Shown here piece after piece: positions 38,259 through 47,822 of a stretch of DNA of 64,000 bases. The notes beneath the pieces were generated by a model, which worked only from the letters and a program-made list of their open reading frames with translations, was not told the origin of the DNA and did not search any database. Source of the DNA: a virus; the IMG/VR virus record IMGVR_UViG_3300045988_116318, positions 84,184 to 148,183 of that record, one strand, 5' to 3'. Position 1 is the stretch's first letter; the number at the start of each line of letters is the position of its first letter. A program made the position numbers and the translations under genes.

Positions 38259-39249
38259 AATATTTCTCTTTTACTTTGTTATTAATTATCAAATCTGCCA
38301 CATCATCTCCGTCCCCTACATTCTCAACACTCTGAAGATAGTCCGATACTTTTATCCTTGACTTCATCATCATCCCATCTATCTTTTTACTCCATGTGTC
38401 AAATGCTTGTCCTTTGTCCGGAAAAGCTACAGTCTTTCTATCTTTTAAAACATCTATCACTTCCGGTCTTAAGTTCTGCAACCCACCGGTAGCTACAAAT
38501 AACTCATCCGGTTTATTCACGGCGCATATAATAGCCGTCTTCTCTGACTCCACCAAATTAACTACCTTATCCGGATACTGGCTTAAAAGATGCTCTCCGA
38601 ACAGGCATTGTCTAAACAAGAAGTCTCTTGCATGCAACGAGTGATAAAACATGACATGAGGTCGCTCATTGTCACCGTCTTTTTCTTTCACTCTTTTTAC
38701 ATCAATCTCATTCCCCTGGCTGTCGGTCTTTATATAAAAGTCCATGATCTTTCCGGTTCTACATACAAAATCTTTGTCTATCTGCCAGAATACACAACAC
38801 CCTTTCCATCCCCATAAGTCCATTGTTCCGACATGATACCTTCTGAACACATCAGATACCCTTTCTTTTCCCCATAGAGACGATAAAAATCTAAATACGG
38901 TGTTTCTGTCGTCTGGAACCACAGTCCTCTCAAACTCGCTAAAAGGTATGTAATTTACAACGTCAGGATTTACAGGAGGACGATAAGCTCTTATACACTT
39001 GTTTCCCGAAATCCAAAGATCTTTGTCACCTACATCCTTACCAGTAGGTCGTTTATCGTAACCGCAAGTCCGTTCATGATCGCATCTTCCGAACTCGTTT
39101 CCAACAACCTGACCTGTTGCCACATCAATATAAGGAGTGAGGCACCGGCTTTTCCCGCAAGCCGGGCAGGTTAGCTTCAGTCGGCTCCTGCCAGGCCTGC
39201 GGTCAAGTTGAAACCGAGGTACGTTTTCGTATTTTCTAAAATCAAGCAT
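38236..39249 (-). CDS. DNA primase-like protein: N-terminal Zn-ribbon + C-terminal TOPRIM-like domain (337 aa)
   Basis: CPACGKSRC...CDHERTCGYDKRP Zn-binding. C-terminal VVNLVESEKTAIICAV...KDRKTVAFPDKGQAFD resembles TOPRIM (conserved Glu then acidic cluster). Confidence 0.5.
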   Translation of the reverse strand: MLDFRKYENVPRFQLDRRPGRSRLKLTCPACGKSRCLTPYIDVATGQVVGNEFGRCDHERTCGYDKRPTGKDVGDKDLWISGNKCIRAYRPPVNPDVVNYIPFSEFERTVVPDDRNTVFRFLSSLWGKERVSDVFRRYHVGTMDLWGWKGCCVFWQIDKDFVCRTGKIMDFYIKTDSQGNEIDVKRVKEKDGDNERPHVMFYHSLHARDFLFRQCLFGEHLLSQYPDKVVNLVESEKTAIICAVNKPDELFVATGGLQNLRPEVIDVLKDRKTVAFPDKGQAFDTWSKKIDGMMMKSRIKVSDYLQSVENVGDGDDVADLIINNKVKEKYYEPGRLY

Positions 39250-39592
39250 TTTTAATTCCTCTCATTGCTTCTATGATTCTATCTGCTATAGTTATAGACC
39301 ATGACACCACATCCGGTACATATACTCCGCAATCTATTTCACCTTTTCTATTTTGTGCTTTAATAAACTCAATAGAATAAGCCTTAACAAGATCGAATCT
39401 ACGTTGCTCCCAGTCTACATCTTTGTTTTCATCATCCACAGGAAGGGTATCGAGATAAAAATTTAAACTCTCACTTATCACACTCCCATTATTACCATAG
39501 AACTGTATTCTGTCATGGTCGCTTCTTGTAGTTGAGCTACTAAAGGTGATTACGTCTATTATCTCTCCTGTTTTTCTAATTTTTCTCTTCAT
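39242..39592 (-). CDS. hypothetical protein (116 aa)
   Basis: ORF. Confidence 0.5.
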   Translation of the reverse strand: MKRKIRKTGEIIDVITFSSSTTRSDHDRIQFYGNNGSVISESLNFYLDTLPVDDENKDVDWEQRRFDLVKAYSIEFIKAQNRKGEIDCGVYVPDVVSWSITIADRIIEAMRGIKNA

Positions 39593-39822
39593 ACTCTTCT
39601 TGTATTTCTGACCAGTATAGGCATTATTGTTTCAACGGTCTTGCCATATTTCTTATGAGATGCAAGTACGCATATTGCATATTTATCTCCTATTCTCAAA
39701 TCTTTCGATAATCTTAATCTCGAACCCCTTTCGATATTAATAAAATAATCACCAAAAGGATTGATATGTATCGGTTTTACGATTTCCACATAATCTCCTT
39801 TAGGAATAACAATATCGCTCAT
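39589..39822 (-). CDS. hypothetical protein (77 aa)
   Basis: ORF. Confidence 0.45.
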   Translation of the reverse strand: MSDIVIPKGDYVEIVKPIHINPFGDYFINIERGSRLRLSKDLRIGDKYAICVLASHKKYGKTVETIMPILVRNTRRV

Positions 39823-41135
39823 ATTACGAATCTTTTAGACATTTCCTCTGCAATATCATATACAACCGTATGATCTTCTTCATTGTACGGCTTATTGATA
39901 TTCAACACTCCTTTTCTCACTTTGAACTTCTTATCTTTTCTAAGGTGATTCAACATACCTTGTTGGAACACACAGTCCGCCTTTTCAAGTGCCACACTGT
40001 CTTCTGTCCATTCTTTCAGCGTATATCCTTTACTGCTCGTGCTTTTTGGAGAAAAGTTCATAATACGTGCATCAATGCCATACCATGCTTTAACCATTCT
40101 TCTTTCAGCTTCCAATTGGAATGCATATGATTCCCATATTCCTCCCGATTTAAAGTCAAGAATGACCACTTCTTCTTTTTCCACTTCTCTTACTTCCTTC
40201 TTCGGATCACCTTTTTTGAACTGTCCGGTAGCCCTTTGATATACGGCTCCAAAATAACCTTCTTCTTTGTATTTGAATGTCATTTTAACCATCGCATCTA
40301 TCGGCGTAGCTACCAAATAATCTTCTAATGACAATATTCTTTCAATCATCATCGGCTTAACCTTATACTCCGAACAAAACTTAGCAAACTTCATAACTCT
40401 GACAATCATATCGTCAAGATCATCTATGCTACCAAAGAATTTGTCAAGATTCTTTTTCGATATCTTAAGCTTGCCTTCTTGCACCGTCTTAACTATAAAA
40501 CTTCGATTTAAGACCATATCTCTACCTGTCAAGTACAATCCATATAGGTAGTGCATGATCGTTCCTTTATCTGCATCATATTCTGATACTTCTTCCGGAT
40601 TGCGACCAATCATCCTCATCTCCTGTCTCCATTCTTGAAGAGCCGTCTTGTCATCTACGAATCCGTCTCTAATCATGGTTGTTACCGAGGCGTATATCTT
40701 GGCTGTCCCATCGTCCATCTTTCTTACATAAAAACGATTACCGTCTAATGTCAATCTTACGAATTTGGGAGTCTCGATCTTCTTCAATTCATCACAGATA
40801 TAAAATGGCTCTAACGTTTCCTGATTTTCTGTAAACGGATTCGAATCTTCTTCTCCAGGGTTAGGAGCGGCTTCCTCCGCCGGAGCTTCCGGTTCCTCCT
40901 TCTGGGCCTGCTCTGGCTCAGGCGCCGGCTCTTCAACTACTGGAACCTGTCCGCCTCTTTCTGCTATGTCTCTGTTCTTTATTAAAGACATAACCTCCTT
41001 CTTCAACTGCTCTGGTGTTTGGTTAGGATCTGACACCGACATCACAACATCGTTCATTCTAAACAACGTATTTCCTTCTCCTTCTACCATAGGCACAAAC
41101 CCTAAATCTGTCAATATTTTTATTTTCTCTTTCAT
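39819..41135 (-). CDS. PD-(D/E)XK-family nuclease (YqaJ/lambda-Exo-like) with acidic Pro/Glu linker (438 aa)
   Basis: VVILDFKSGGIWESYAFQLEAE core (D-x-K with downstream Glu). Pro/Glu/Ala-rich low-complexity linker near N-terminus. Confidence 0.5.
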   Translation of the reverse strand: MKEKIKILTDLGFVPMVEGEGNTLFRMNDVVMSVSDPNQTPEQLKKEVMSLIKNRDIAERGGQVPVVEEPAPEPEQAQKEEPEAPAEEAAPNPGEEDSNPFTENQETLEPFYICDELKKIETPKFVRLTLDGNRFYVRKMDDGTAKIYASVTTMIRDGFVDDKTALQEWRQEMRMIGRNPEEVSEYDADKGTIMHYLYGLYLTGRDMVLNRSFIVKTVQEGKLKISKKNLDKFFGSIDDLDDMIVRVMKFAKFCSEYKVKPMMIERILSLEDYLVATPIDAMVKMTFKYKEEGYFGAVYQRATGQFKKGDPKKEVREVEKEEVVILDFKSGGIWESYAFQLEAERRMVKAWYGIDARIMNFSPKSTSSKGYTLKEWTEDSVALEKADCVFQQGMLNHLRKDKKFKVRKGVLNINKPYNEEDHTVVYDIAEEMSKRFVI

Positions 41136-41317
41136 GATCTTCCTCTAATTAATTCTTCTTTAATACAATGTAACACTGTTTCCACTTCATCTTTATCTCT
41201 ATCTTTCACTGCGATAGCTATATCCTTACCATAACTCTCTCTTCGTATGTGAGCATAAAAGATAGTTTCATCGTCAGCTTTTATTCTTATTTTATAAAGT
41301 TTTCTCATATCTGTCAA
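41132..41317 (-). CDS. hypothetical protein (61 aa)
   Basis: ORF. Confidence 0.35.
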   Translation of the reverse strand: MTDMRKLYKIRIKADDETIFYAHIRRESYGKDIAIAVKDRDKDEVETVLHCIKEELIRGRS

Positions 41318-41816
41318 TTATTTCAATAATTAATCTACCTCTTTCTTTAATCATTCCCCTGCTTTCCATATCCAGCACCTTCTTTACCGCATACTTCCAT
41401 ACAAAAGGAAATTCTGTTTCAAGTTTATCAAATTCCATCCGGTCAAGATACATGTCGAATACCGTATGCTCCGATTCATGAAGGAAAACTATATTATCCC
41501 TGCAAGTAGCAACCGACTTATATATCCTTTTCGGAAGTATGTGACATACGTTACATACTGTAGGAAAATGAATAGCCTTACCGGTCATAGACATCCGACT
41601 ATTATTTAACTCTTCCAGCATAAGACGAAAAAACCCAGATAAATCTGGGTTCTCTAACTTTTTCTTCTTGCTGCTGTTTTTAATGGATGTAATTCCGTCT
41701 TTTTTCTTCGGAGTCAACTCTTTGCTCCTGCAAGCCTGGCATAAGCCATGACTTCTTATCATCACTTTTCGTCCGCACCTTTCGCAGACGTATAGCTTCT
41801 TTTCCTTGCTTTCCAT
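41292..41816 (-). CDS. Zn-finger protein (174 aa)
   Basis: CERCGRK...CQAC and TVCNVCH clusters. Confidence 0.55.
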   Translation of the reverse strand: MESKEKKLYVCERCGRKVMIRSHGLCQACRSKELTPKKKDGITSIKNSSKKKKLENPDLSGFFRLMLEELNNSRMSMTGKAIHFPTVCNVCHILPKRIYKSVATCRDNIVFLHESEHTVFDMYLDRMEFDKLETEFPFVWKYAVKKVLDMESRGMIKERGRLIIEIIDRYEKTL

Positions 41817-42001
41817 TCGAATAATAATGATATTATTGAAAAGAACAATCCCGCTGAAGCCAGTAGATAAGGTACGTTCATTAATAATTTAGATACCTCG
41901 TCTGTCTTAATCACTATCAGAAGGAAAGCGCCTGCTGAAAGCAATGATATTATCGCCACAACAAGCGCTATGTTGGAAACTACATCAGCCTTACTCTTCA
42001 C
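41762..42001 (-). CDS. small two-TM membrane protein (79 aa)
   Basis: Two hydrophobic helices (IALVVAIISLLSAGAFLLIVI; LLASAGLFFSIISLLF). Confidence 0.45.
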   Translation of the reverse strand: MKSKADVVSNIALVVAIISLLSAGAFLLIVIKTDEVSKLLMNVPYLLASAGLFFSIISLLFEWKARKRSYTSAKGADEK

Positions 42002-42461
42002 TCTTCTTCTCGCCTAATTTTTCAGCTCCCTTCTGAAGATCGTATTTGAATACGTCAATGATCTTCGTTTCAGCAATAGCTTCGCAATTCCAGTCGCCCA
42101 ACGTACCCTGCATGCCTTTAGTCAACACAGCTTCGGCATCCTTAGGATTGCCGGCCTGGACATACATATAGCATGGAGTTTTCTTTTCTTTACCTTTCTT
42201 TTCATTCAGTGTAATGTAATTTACCTTACACTTATACCAGTACTCAGCTTCTCCGTTGAAGAAGATTTCCGACACTTTAATAGGATTTATTTTAACAATG
42301 TCGAACACTTGAAATAAATCCTTGAAAATCTCTAAAGATCTTGATTCTGCCTCTGTATAAGATAAGGCATCTACCAAATACTTTTCAGTTACTTTCTTTT
42401 TTTTGCCGTTCTCGATATTATCAATCTCGGCTTTTACCGTAATTTCAAACCAGCGATTCAT
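41991..42461 (-). CDS. hypothetical protein (156 aa)
   Basis: ORF. Confidence 0.55.
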   Translation of the reverse strand: MNRWFEITVKAEIDNIENGKKKKVTEKYLVDALSYTEAESRSLEIFKDLFQVFDIVKINPIKVSEIFFNGEAEYWYKCKVNYITLNEKKGKEKKTPCYMYVQAGNPKDAEAVLTKGMQGTLGDWNCEAIAETKIIDVFKYDLQKGAEKLGEKKSEE

Positions 42462-42472
42462 TGTATTAATAT

Positions 42473-42781
42473 TTAATTAGTTGATTTCTTTCCTTTCTCT
42501 ATACTATTTTTAAGTCTTTCAGAACACCACTGCAAAACGTCCATCATCATCATCTCATTGTTGGATAAGATACCTTTTATAACTAACGCCAATTGATGCT
42601 GTGACATTCTTTGACTCATATCAAATCTTCTTTCCTCTTCATTTACTATCGTAGCCACGAAATACTTACACCCCTCTAAGTGCGTCAGGGCTTCAATCAT
42701 AGCTTCTTTTATCTCTTTTTCTTCCATTCTGTTTGTTTTTTTTGGACAAAGATATGTCTTTTGATAATAAAAAAGATTCAA
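42473..42781 (-). CDS. hypothetical protein (102 aa)
   Basis: ORF. Confidence 0.5.
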   Translation of the reverse strand: MNLFYYQKTYLCPKKTNRMEEKEIKEAMIEALTHLEGCKYFVATIVNEEERRFDMSQRMSQHQLALVIKGILSNNEMMMMDVLQWCSERLKNSIEKGKKSTN

Positions 42782-42801
42782 AATGATTTAATTTAGCTTA
42801 A

Positions 42802-43470
42802 TTACTGCTCTTTTGATTCGTCCGGTATAGGCATGTCAAACTTTTTTCTGATAAACGACTCTGTTTCTTCATTGAATGGATAGGCCTCCTTAATAAAATT
42901 CATAGCTACCTCCATATCACCGTCTGCTATATCTTTATACCTTTCAAAGATACCAACCAGGTCATTGTTATATGAACGCTCTTGTTTTATGTTGTACACG
43001 TATTTCAACACCCTGTCTTTAATTTCATTGGCTTTTTTCACAGTATCATTGAAGGAATTTATACTTTCCAATTCTGGATCTTTGTTTTCCTTGTTTACCT
43101 TATCAAACTCTTCCTTGCTATATCCTGCTTCTCCTGTAATGGCTGGGCAAACACTTCCATTTATGATCCAAAACTGTTCATACGATCCTATCAGAAACTT
43201 TGATTCCATTTTAAATGCATTATATTTAACAAGCAAATTAGCCACCTCAGTTGCACCTTCTACGGTTCTAAAACCGATGCCGATATCTTTTAACATAAAT
43301 ACCGGAACTCCAGTTCTTGGATACACGACTTCTTTTTTGTTCTTTATATTCCAGTTTTTAGCTTCAATTGGAATACCTTTACCAACAAGCTCTTTGTCTA
43401 TATACAGATATATCTCTTTGCATGTCAATGACACAATCTCATCTCTGCTTAAATCAAAAACTGTTTTCAT
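42802..43470 (-). CDS. hypothetical protein (222 aa)
   Basis: ORF. The antisense + ORF 42965..43492 has a Ser/Leu/Phe-rich composition typical of a shadow ORF. Confidence 0.6.
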   Translation of the reverse strand: MKTVFDLSRDEIVSLTCKEIYLYIDKELVGKGIPIEAKNWNIKNKKEVVYPRTGVPVFMLKDIGIGFRTVEGATEVANLLVKYNAFKMESKFLIGSYEQFWIINGSVCPAITGEAGYSKEEFDKVNKENKDPELESINSFNDTVKKANEIKDRVLKYVYNIKQERSYNNDLVGIFERYKDIADGDMEVAMNFIKEAYPFNEETESFIRKKFDMPIPDESKEQ

Positions 43471-43670
43471 TTTTCTTTATTTATTAAATTAAACAACTTA
43501 CTTCTTTGTTCAGGCTCCGTATATTCTACCCATATATCGGCTGCCACATTTCTAAGAAATTCCATAAAGTCTTGATGATCCCTGTATTCAGCAGAATCAA
43601 CCTTTCTCACAAAACTTAGAATTTCCTTTAACATCTTGTTGTTTTCTTCAAGAAGTTCTCTGTCAGTCAT
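43467..43670 (-). CDS. hypothetical protein (67 aa)
   Basis: ORF. Confidence 0.4.
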   Translation of the reverse strand: MTDRELLEENNKMLKEILSFVRKVDSAEYRDHQDFMEFLRNVAADIWVEYTEPEQRSKLFNLINKEK

Positions 43671-43752
43671 AACCTTTCATATTTTCTTCTTAAGGTGATT
43701 ATGTATCATTTTAAACCAGTACATTTTGATACTTCACAGCTCCGACTACCTC

Positions 43753-43953
43753 CTACAACTCCACGTCCCTTTCCATTGTTGCCCGAAGATCTTCTTCTGT
43801 TAAAGAAAAAGACATAGTTAACGCAGGAGTATCCTTAAAATACCAATCACATAATTCTTTTAACTCTTTACGTTCGTCCTCGTTTTTACATTTATGAATG
43901 GTAAGGTAATTCATTCTTTCCTCTTTTTCTTTGTCTGTTAAATCTTTTTTCAT
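43753..43953 (-). CDS. hypothetical protein (66 aa)
   Basis: ORF. Confidence 0.4.
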   Translation of the reverse strand: MKKDLTDKEKEERMNYLTIHKCKNEDERKELKELCDWYFKDTPALTMSFSLTEEDLRATMERDVEL

Positions 43954-43998
43954 AATTCTAACTTTTAAAAATTAATAATTAATTGAGTATATAATTAC

Positions 43999-44361
43999 TT
44001 AAGGTGATAGATCATCCAAATAAGCCCATGATTCCATTTCATCTAATCTGCATAAAATACATCCTGGACGGCTGGATATAAAAGTTCTGTTCTCTTCCAA
44101 TATACCCATAATTGGATTCTTTGATCCTATTGTTGATTTCTTAGGGAGAAACACAATAAAACGGTGGCAATCCGGAATTACTGTTATAGAATGCCACACG
44201 CTGTTGATGCGCCATTCTGCACCTGCTATGAAATCTTCACGGCAATTATCCTTGCGTAGAACATAATCGTCTGCATCCACTTCTTTGAGAACGTTTCGCC
44301 GAAAATGTGTTTTACCTATGGAATAATTTTTTGCTGCTTTTTCAATATCTTCTCGTTTCAT
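43999..44361 (-). CDS. hypothetical protein (120 aa)
   Basis: ORF. Confidence 0.5.
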   Translation of the reverse strand: MKREDIEKAAKNYSIGKTHFRRNVLKEVDADDYVLRKDNCREDFIAGAEWRINSVWHSITVIPDCHRFIVFLPKKSTIGSKNPIMGILEENRTFISSRPGCILCRLDEMESWAYLDDLSP

Positions 44362-44374
44362 TTCTTTTTAAATT

Positions 44375-44794
44375 TTACAGTATAGATTGAACATATTCCA
44401 AATATTCTTGAGCTTGTTCAGGGGATTCGAATTGAGATGTCTCTTCGTTATATAAAGGAGCATAGTTGGCTTGTTTCAATAAATTGTCGTAAAACATATT
44501 GATGAATATTTTTAATAGATCGGCTGTATTATTCGCTGTTCCCATTGTTACTCCATGACATCCATCTCCCATATTTACATATTCGTTACTAAAAGACATC
44601 CCACCTTTTATATCATATCGAATTTGAGCGATGTATATGCGTTCGAAATGTACTTCAAACCAAAGATTATGTTCTGATTTTTCATATTCTTTGATTGATA
44701 AGCAGAATATGCCAAAAACAAATTTCAACTCTTCTTTTGTAATTCCTGCCGGATTTTTTGTCAATATTTCTTTAACTTGTTCTTTCGTTATCAT
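44375..44794 (-). CDS. hypothetical protein (139 aa from internal ATG; track ORF to 44851)
   Basis: Internal start MITKEQVKEIL avoids overlap with the upstream gene. Confidence 0.5.
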   Translation of the reverse strand: MITKEQVKEILTKNPAGITKEELKFVFGIFCLSIKEYEKSEHNLWFEVHFERIYIAQIRYDIKGGMSFSNEYVNMGDGCHGVTMGTANNTADLLKIFINMFYDNLLKQANYAPLYNEETSQFESPEQAQEYLEYVQSIL

Positions 44795-44807
44795 GATTCG
44801 ATATTTT

Positions 44808-45554
44808 TTAGTTGTTAGATAAAAGCAAAATCGGTTCATTTGACTCCGCAATTGCTTTTATTTGTTCTGGATTGATAAAACTCTTAATTTGTTCACTTAT
44901 CTTACAAATAGATTTGATCATATCAACGAATAATTTTGAGGTACATTCGTTGCATTCCACTTCCATTACCGGTTTATGTCGATTGTATGATATGCATGTT
45001 ACATAATTCAGCCAGTGCGCATAAGTTCCTTTTTCTGTATTTAACCTGCCGTATTCTACTTTTGTCTCTCCATTTCCATATTCAATTACTCTTTTTAGAA
45101 ATGGTTTTGCATAAACACTAAAACCAAAAGGTTGGGTGTTTAAGGCATCTAAACGAGAAGTTCCATCCCTCCATTTTCCATTCTCATCATTTCCTGTCCA
45201 TTCCTTAGAAGGTTTGGGGACAATATTTCCGTTTTTGTCATAGGAAAACATGCAATTCGTTTCCAGTTGATACTTAATAATAGGCACTTCTTCTACTATT
45301 TTATAACTTAAACATCTCTTCAGAACTTCCCTGATTTGACTTTCCAAATCAGAAAGTGCTATACTATTGAAATATCCTTCGTTGCCTAATCTGTTTGTAG
45401 GTAATTTGATCCCATAAGAATGAATCTTATCCACATCTTCTTTTGATAAAGTAGTGGTAAACACCCCTTCTTTGGTGACATTCACTTTAGCAGTTACAGA
45501 TAAACTGTTGTTAGCATTCTTTTCCGTTATATTTAGTGTTGTTAATGCTGCCAT
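44808..45554 (-). CDS. hypothetical protein (248 aa)
   Basis: ORF. Confidence 0.6.
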   Translation of the reverse strand: MAALTTLNITEKNANNSLSVTAKVNVTKEGVFTTTLSKEDVDKIHSYGIKLPTNRLGNEGYFNSIALSDLESQIREVLKRCLSYKIVEEVPIIKYQLETNCMFSYDKNGNIVPKPSKEWTGNDENGKWRDGTSRLDALNTQPFGFSVYAKPFLKRVIEYGNGETKVEYGRLNTEKGTYAHWLNYVTCISYNRHKPVMEVECNECTSKLFVDMIKSICKISEQIKSFINPEQIKAIAESNEPILLLSNN

Positions 45555-45572
45555 AATCAGATCTTTTTAAAA

Positions 45573-45824
45573 TCAATTTGAATAAATATAATGCATTCCT
45601 GCTTCATACACCTTATGTACATCAGGGTCATTCTTGTCTTCCGGTTCCAATTCGCTCTCTTCACGAGTATAATCCCATTCAGAGTTGTAGTACATATCCT
45701 CGTTTGTTTTTTCCAAGGAACAATCTTTCATTAGATTCATATTTTCTCCCCATACTGCAACTTCTTGTCGTTGCTCTTCTTCCGTCATAAGGGATATTTT
45801 GTCTTTCAATTCTTTCCAGGTCAT
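45573..45824 (-). CDS. hypothetical acidic protein (83 aa)
   Basis: ORF. Confidence 0.45.
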   Translation of the reverse strand: MTWKELKDKISLMTEEEQRQEVAVWGENMNLMKDCSLEKTNEDMYYNSEWDYTREESELEPEDKNDPDVHKVYEAGMHYIYSN

Positions 45825-45848
45825 GATTTTTAAAAGATGATTAATAGT

Positions 45849-46232
45849 TTATTCTACATCAAAAAGCTGATCTAACACCAACAATTCCGCATTCATATCT
45901 TCATCTTTCGGGAAACGAACTTTTATATTTCCAAACTTAGATGTCTTAAACAAGATGTAGGGGTTCATATCTTCGGCAGTCACCGGCTTATATTCCTTAA
46001 CTTCCGACATCTTGAGATACCAGTCACCTATTTTTACAAACCCAGAAAAGATAGAACACAGATGCGCTTTTACAGACTGTATCTCCTTTTCATCTTTGAA
46101 AGGTATAATTTCGTCCTTTCCCCTTATCCTGATTGACAAGAAAGGACGAATGTTATCTGTTTCATTTTGAAATTTGAAGCCTGTTATGGCTTGCTTGGGG
46201 ATTCTTCTTCCCATTAATATAAAATAGCTCAT
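45849..46232 (-). CDS. hypothetical protein (127 aa)
   Basis: ORF. Confidence 0.5.
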   Translation of the reverse strand: MSYFILMGRRIPKQAITGFKFQNETDNIRPFLSIRIRGKDEIIPFKDEKEIQSVKAHLCSIFSGFVKIGDWYLKMSEVKEYKPVTAEDMNPYILFKTSKFGNIKVRFPKDEDMNAELLVLDQLFDVE

Positions 46233-46543
46233 TGTGATAAGTGATTTTGTTTTATGTTAGGTAAGTAATTTGTAATAACATCAAGTGATATCCATAACTC
46301 TGGCTCTATGCTGTTTTTTATTCTATCACTGAAAAGAGAATTATCATCACAATCACAATGAGAGATTGTGATATAACAATCTTGATAATCCCACCAATGA
46401 GCCGATTTAAAATCGTCTCCTCCATTCCAAAACCCTATTCTTATACCTCTTGGGTTGAAATCTTCATCTATCCAACTTGGGTGATAAGCCAACACTTCTT
46501 CTCCCTCTGAAGGTTTTTCCTCTTTGAATTTCTTCCAGTTCAT
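46229..46543 (-). CDS. hypothetical protein (104 aa)
   Basis: ORF. Confidence 0.5.
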   Translation of the reverse strand: MNWKKFKEEKPSEGEEVLAYHPSWIDEDFNPRGIRIGFWNGGDDFKSAHWWDYQDCYITISHCDCDDNSLFSDRIKNSIEPELWISLDVITNYLPNIKQNHLSQ

Positions 46544-46643
46544 CTCACCTTTAATTAATTAGACACAAATATACAAGTTTTACTAAGATGCCCTTCTGTC
46601 ATCTCTTCGACATACTCCCACACCTAAAGTTCGCGGTAGTATG

Positions 46644-46997
46644 TCAATCTATTGATTTCTTCCCAATCTTTTTAATCTTTGTTGGTCTTGACAATCGATA
46701 ATCCTTTTCTATCGGCCTATCGAATACGTCATTCCTATATCCTTTATATCCTTTCTCGTAAATACTAACCCTTGCACAAAACTCAACCACATCGCCTGGT
46801 AATAAATCGGCGCTTTCGAATCCTTTTGTCAAATCAAACCACAAATGATCTGTTACTATTTTACCATCGAGTAACACGTCTTGTAAAAGTATTGTCTTTA
46901 CAGGTCCTTTATACCCATCCCTGAATCCAAAACGAATGAATGTCGCTGTAAATACGTGCCGATCTCTTGATCCTATTATTTTCAGTTCTTTTCTCAT
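46644..46997 (-). CDS. hypothetical protein (117 aa), third gene of ATPase cassette
   Basis: Start 7 nt after the ATPase stop. Confidence 0.55.
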   Translation of the reverse strand: MRKELKIIGSRDRHVFTATFIRFGFRDGYKGPVKTILLQDVLLDGKIVTDHLWFDLTKGFESADLLPGDVVEFCARVSIYEKGYKGYRNDVFDRPIEKDYRLSRPTKIKKIGKKSID

Positions 46998-47003
46998 CCT
47001 CTT

Positions 47004-47810
47004 TCATTTATTTGTTTCACTTATAAAATTGGTAATATCCTTTAGATACCCTTCTGTCATCTCTATGAAATTCACACAATCTAATTTACTTAATTTGTAA
47101 ATCAATACCGGATTGTGTACTATGGCTATAATTTGTGTTTGTGGTTTATGGAATGACAATACATTATAAATTTGCATTATGTTATCAATATCAAGATTCC
47201 TATCTGGCTCATCCATGAGAACCGTGTATTCAAAACTGCTTTCTGTTAATGTTATGCGGTTTCTTTCATAATACTTCAACAGGTTATCAATTCTTTTAAT
47301 CCAAAACGCATTTGATTTTTTCTTGTATTCTACAAGATCTTGTATTGGAAATACATAATCCTTTTGACCGAACATTAAATTGAAAAGTGATTCCAATGAT
47401 AACACCACTTTCTCTCCATAAGATCTTCGAATATTATTCACATACAAATCTAAGTTGCTGATGTTTTTCAATACGCTATCTCGATTCATCTCCGCCGATG
47501 GCAATAAACGGAATACTTTCCCTGCATAATCGGATGATATGTCAATCCCATCAAGAACCTTGTCATCATCATCAAATATGGGTGGAAAATCCAGTGCCTC
47601 GATCGGTATTTCAGAACACATGGATTTCTCACATAACGCATACATTGATATGATGTTAAGCAAGGTTGATTTTCCACTACCGTTTTTACCTATAATTACA
47701 TTCACTCCTGGCTTGAAAATAAATTCTCTGCCATTTTCAAATGCTTCTATATTAGAAACGTATTCAAATGGAGTTTTTGTATTGTCTTTTATTTTTACCG
47801 ATGTTATCAT
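47004..47810 (-). CDS. ABC/SMC-like (AAA_21-type) ATPase (268 aa)
   Basis: Walker A GKNGSGKST, signature-like RSYGEKVVLSL, Walker B/D-loop TVLMDEPDRNLD, H-loop AIVHNP. Confidence 0.7.
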   Translation of the reverse strand: MITSVKIKDNTKTPFEYVSNIEAFENGREFIFKPGVNVIIGKNGSGKSTLLNIISMYALCEKSMCSEIPIEALDFPPIFDDDDKVLDGIDISSDYAGKVFRLLPSAEMNRDSVLKNISNLDLYVNNIRRSYGEKVVLSLESLFNLMFGQKDYVFPIQDLVEYKKKSNAFWIKRIDNLLKYYERNRITLTESSFEYTVLMDEPDRNLDIDNIMQIYNVLSFHKPQTQIIAIVHNPVLIYKLSKLDCVNFIEMTEGYLKDITNFISETNK

Positions 47811-47822
47811 ATGTAATCCTTT

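Noticed and set aside
42965-43492. 175-aa + strand ORF (and many other + ORFs inside the - block, e.g. 36487..36864, 47768..48226, 54767..55138)
   Set aside because: They are antisense to better-supported - strand genes. They have Ser/Leu/Phe-rich shadow-ORF composition and do not fit the tight - strand tiling.
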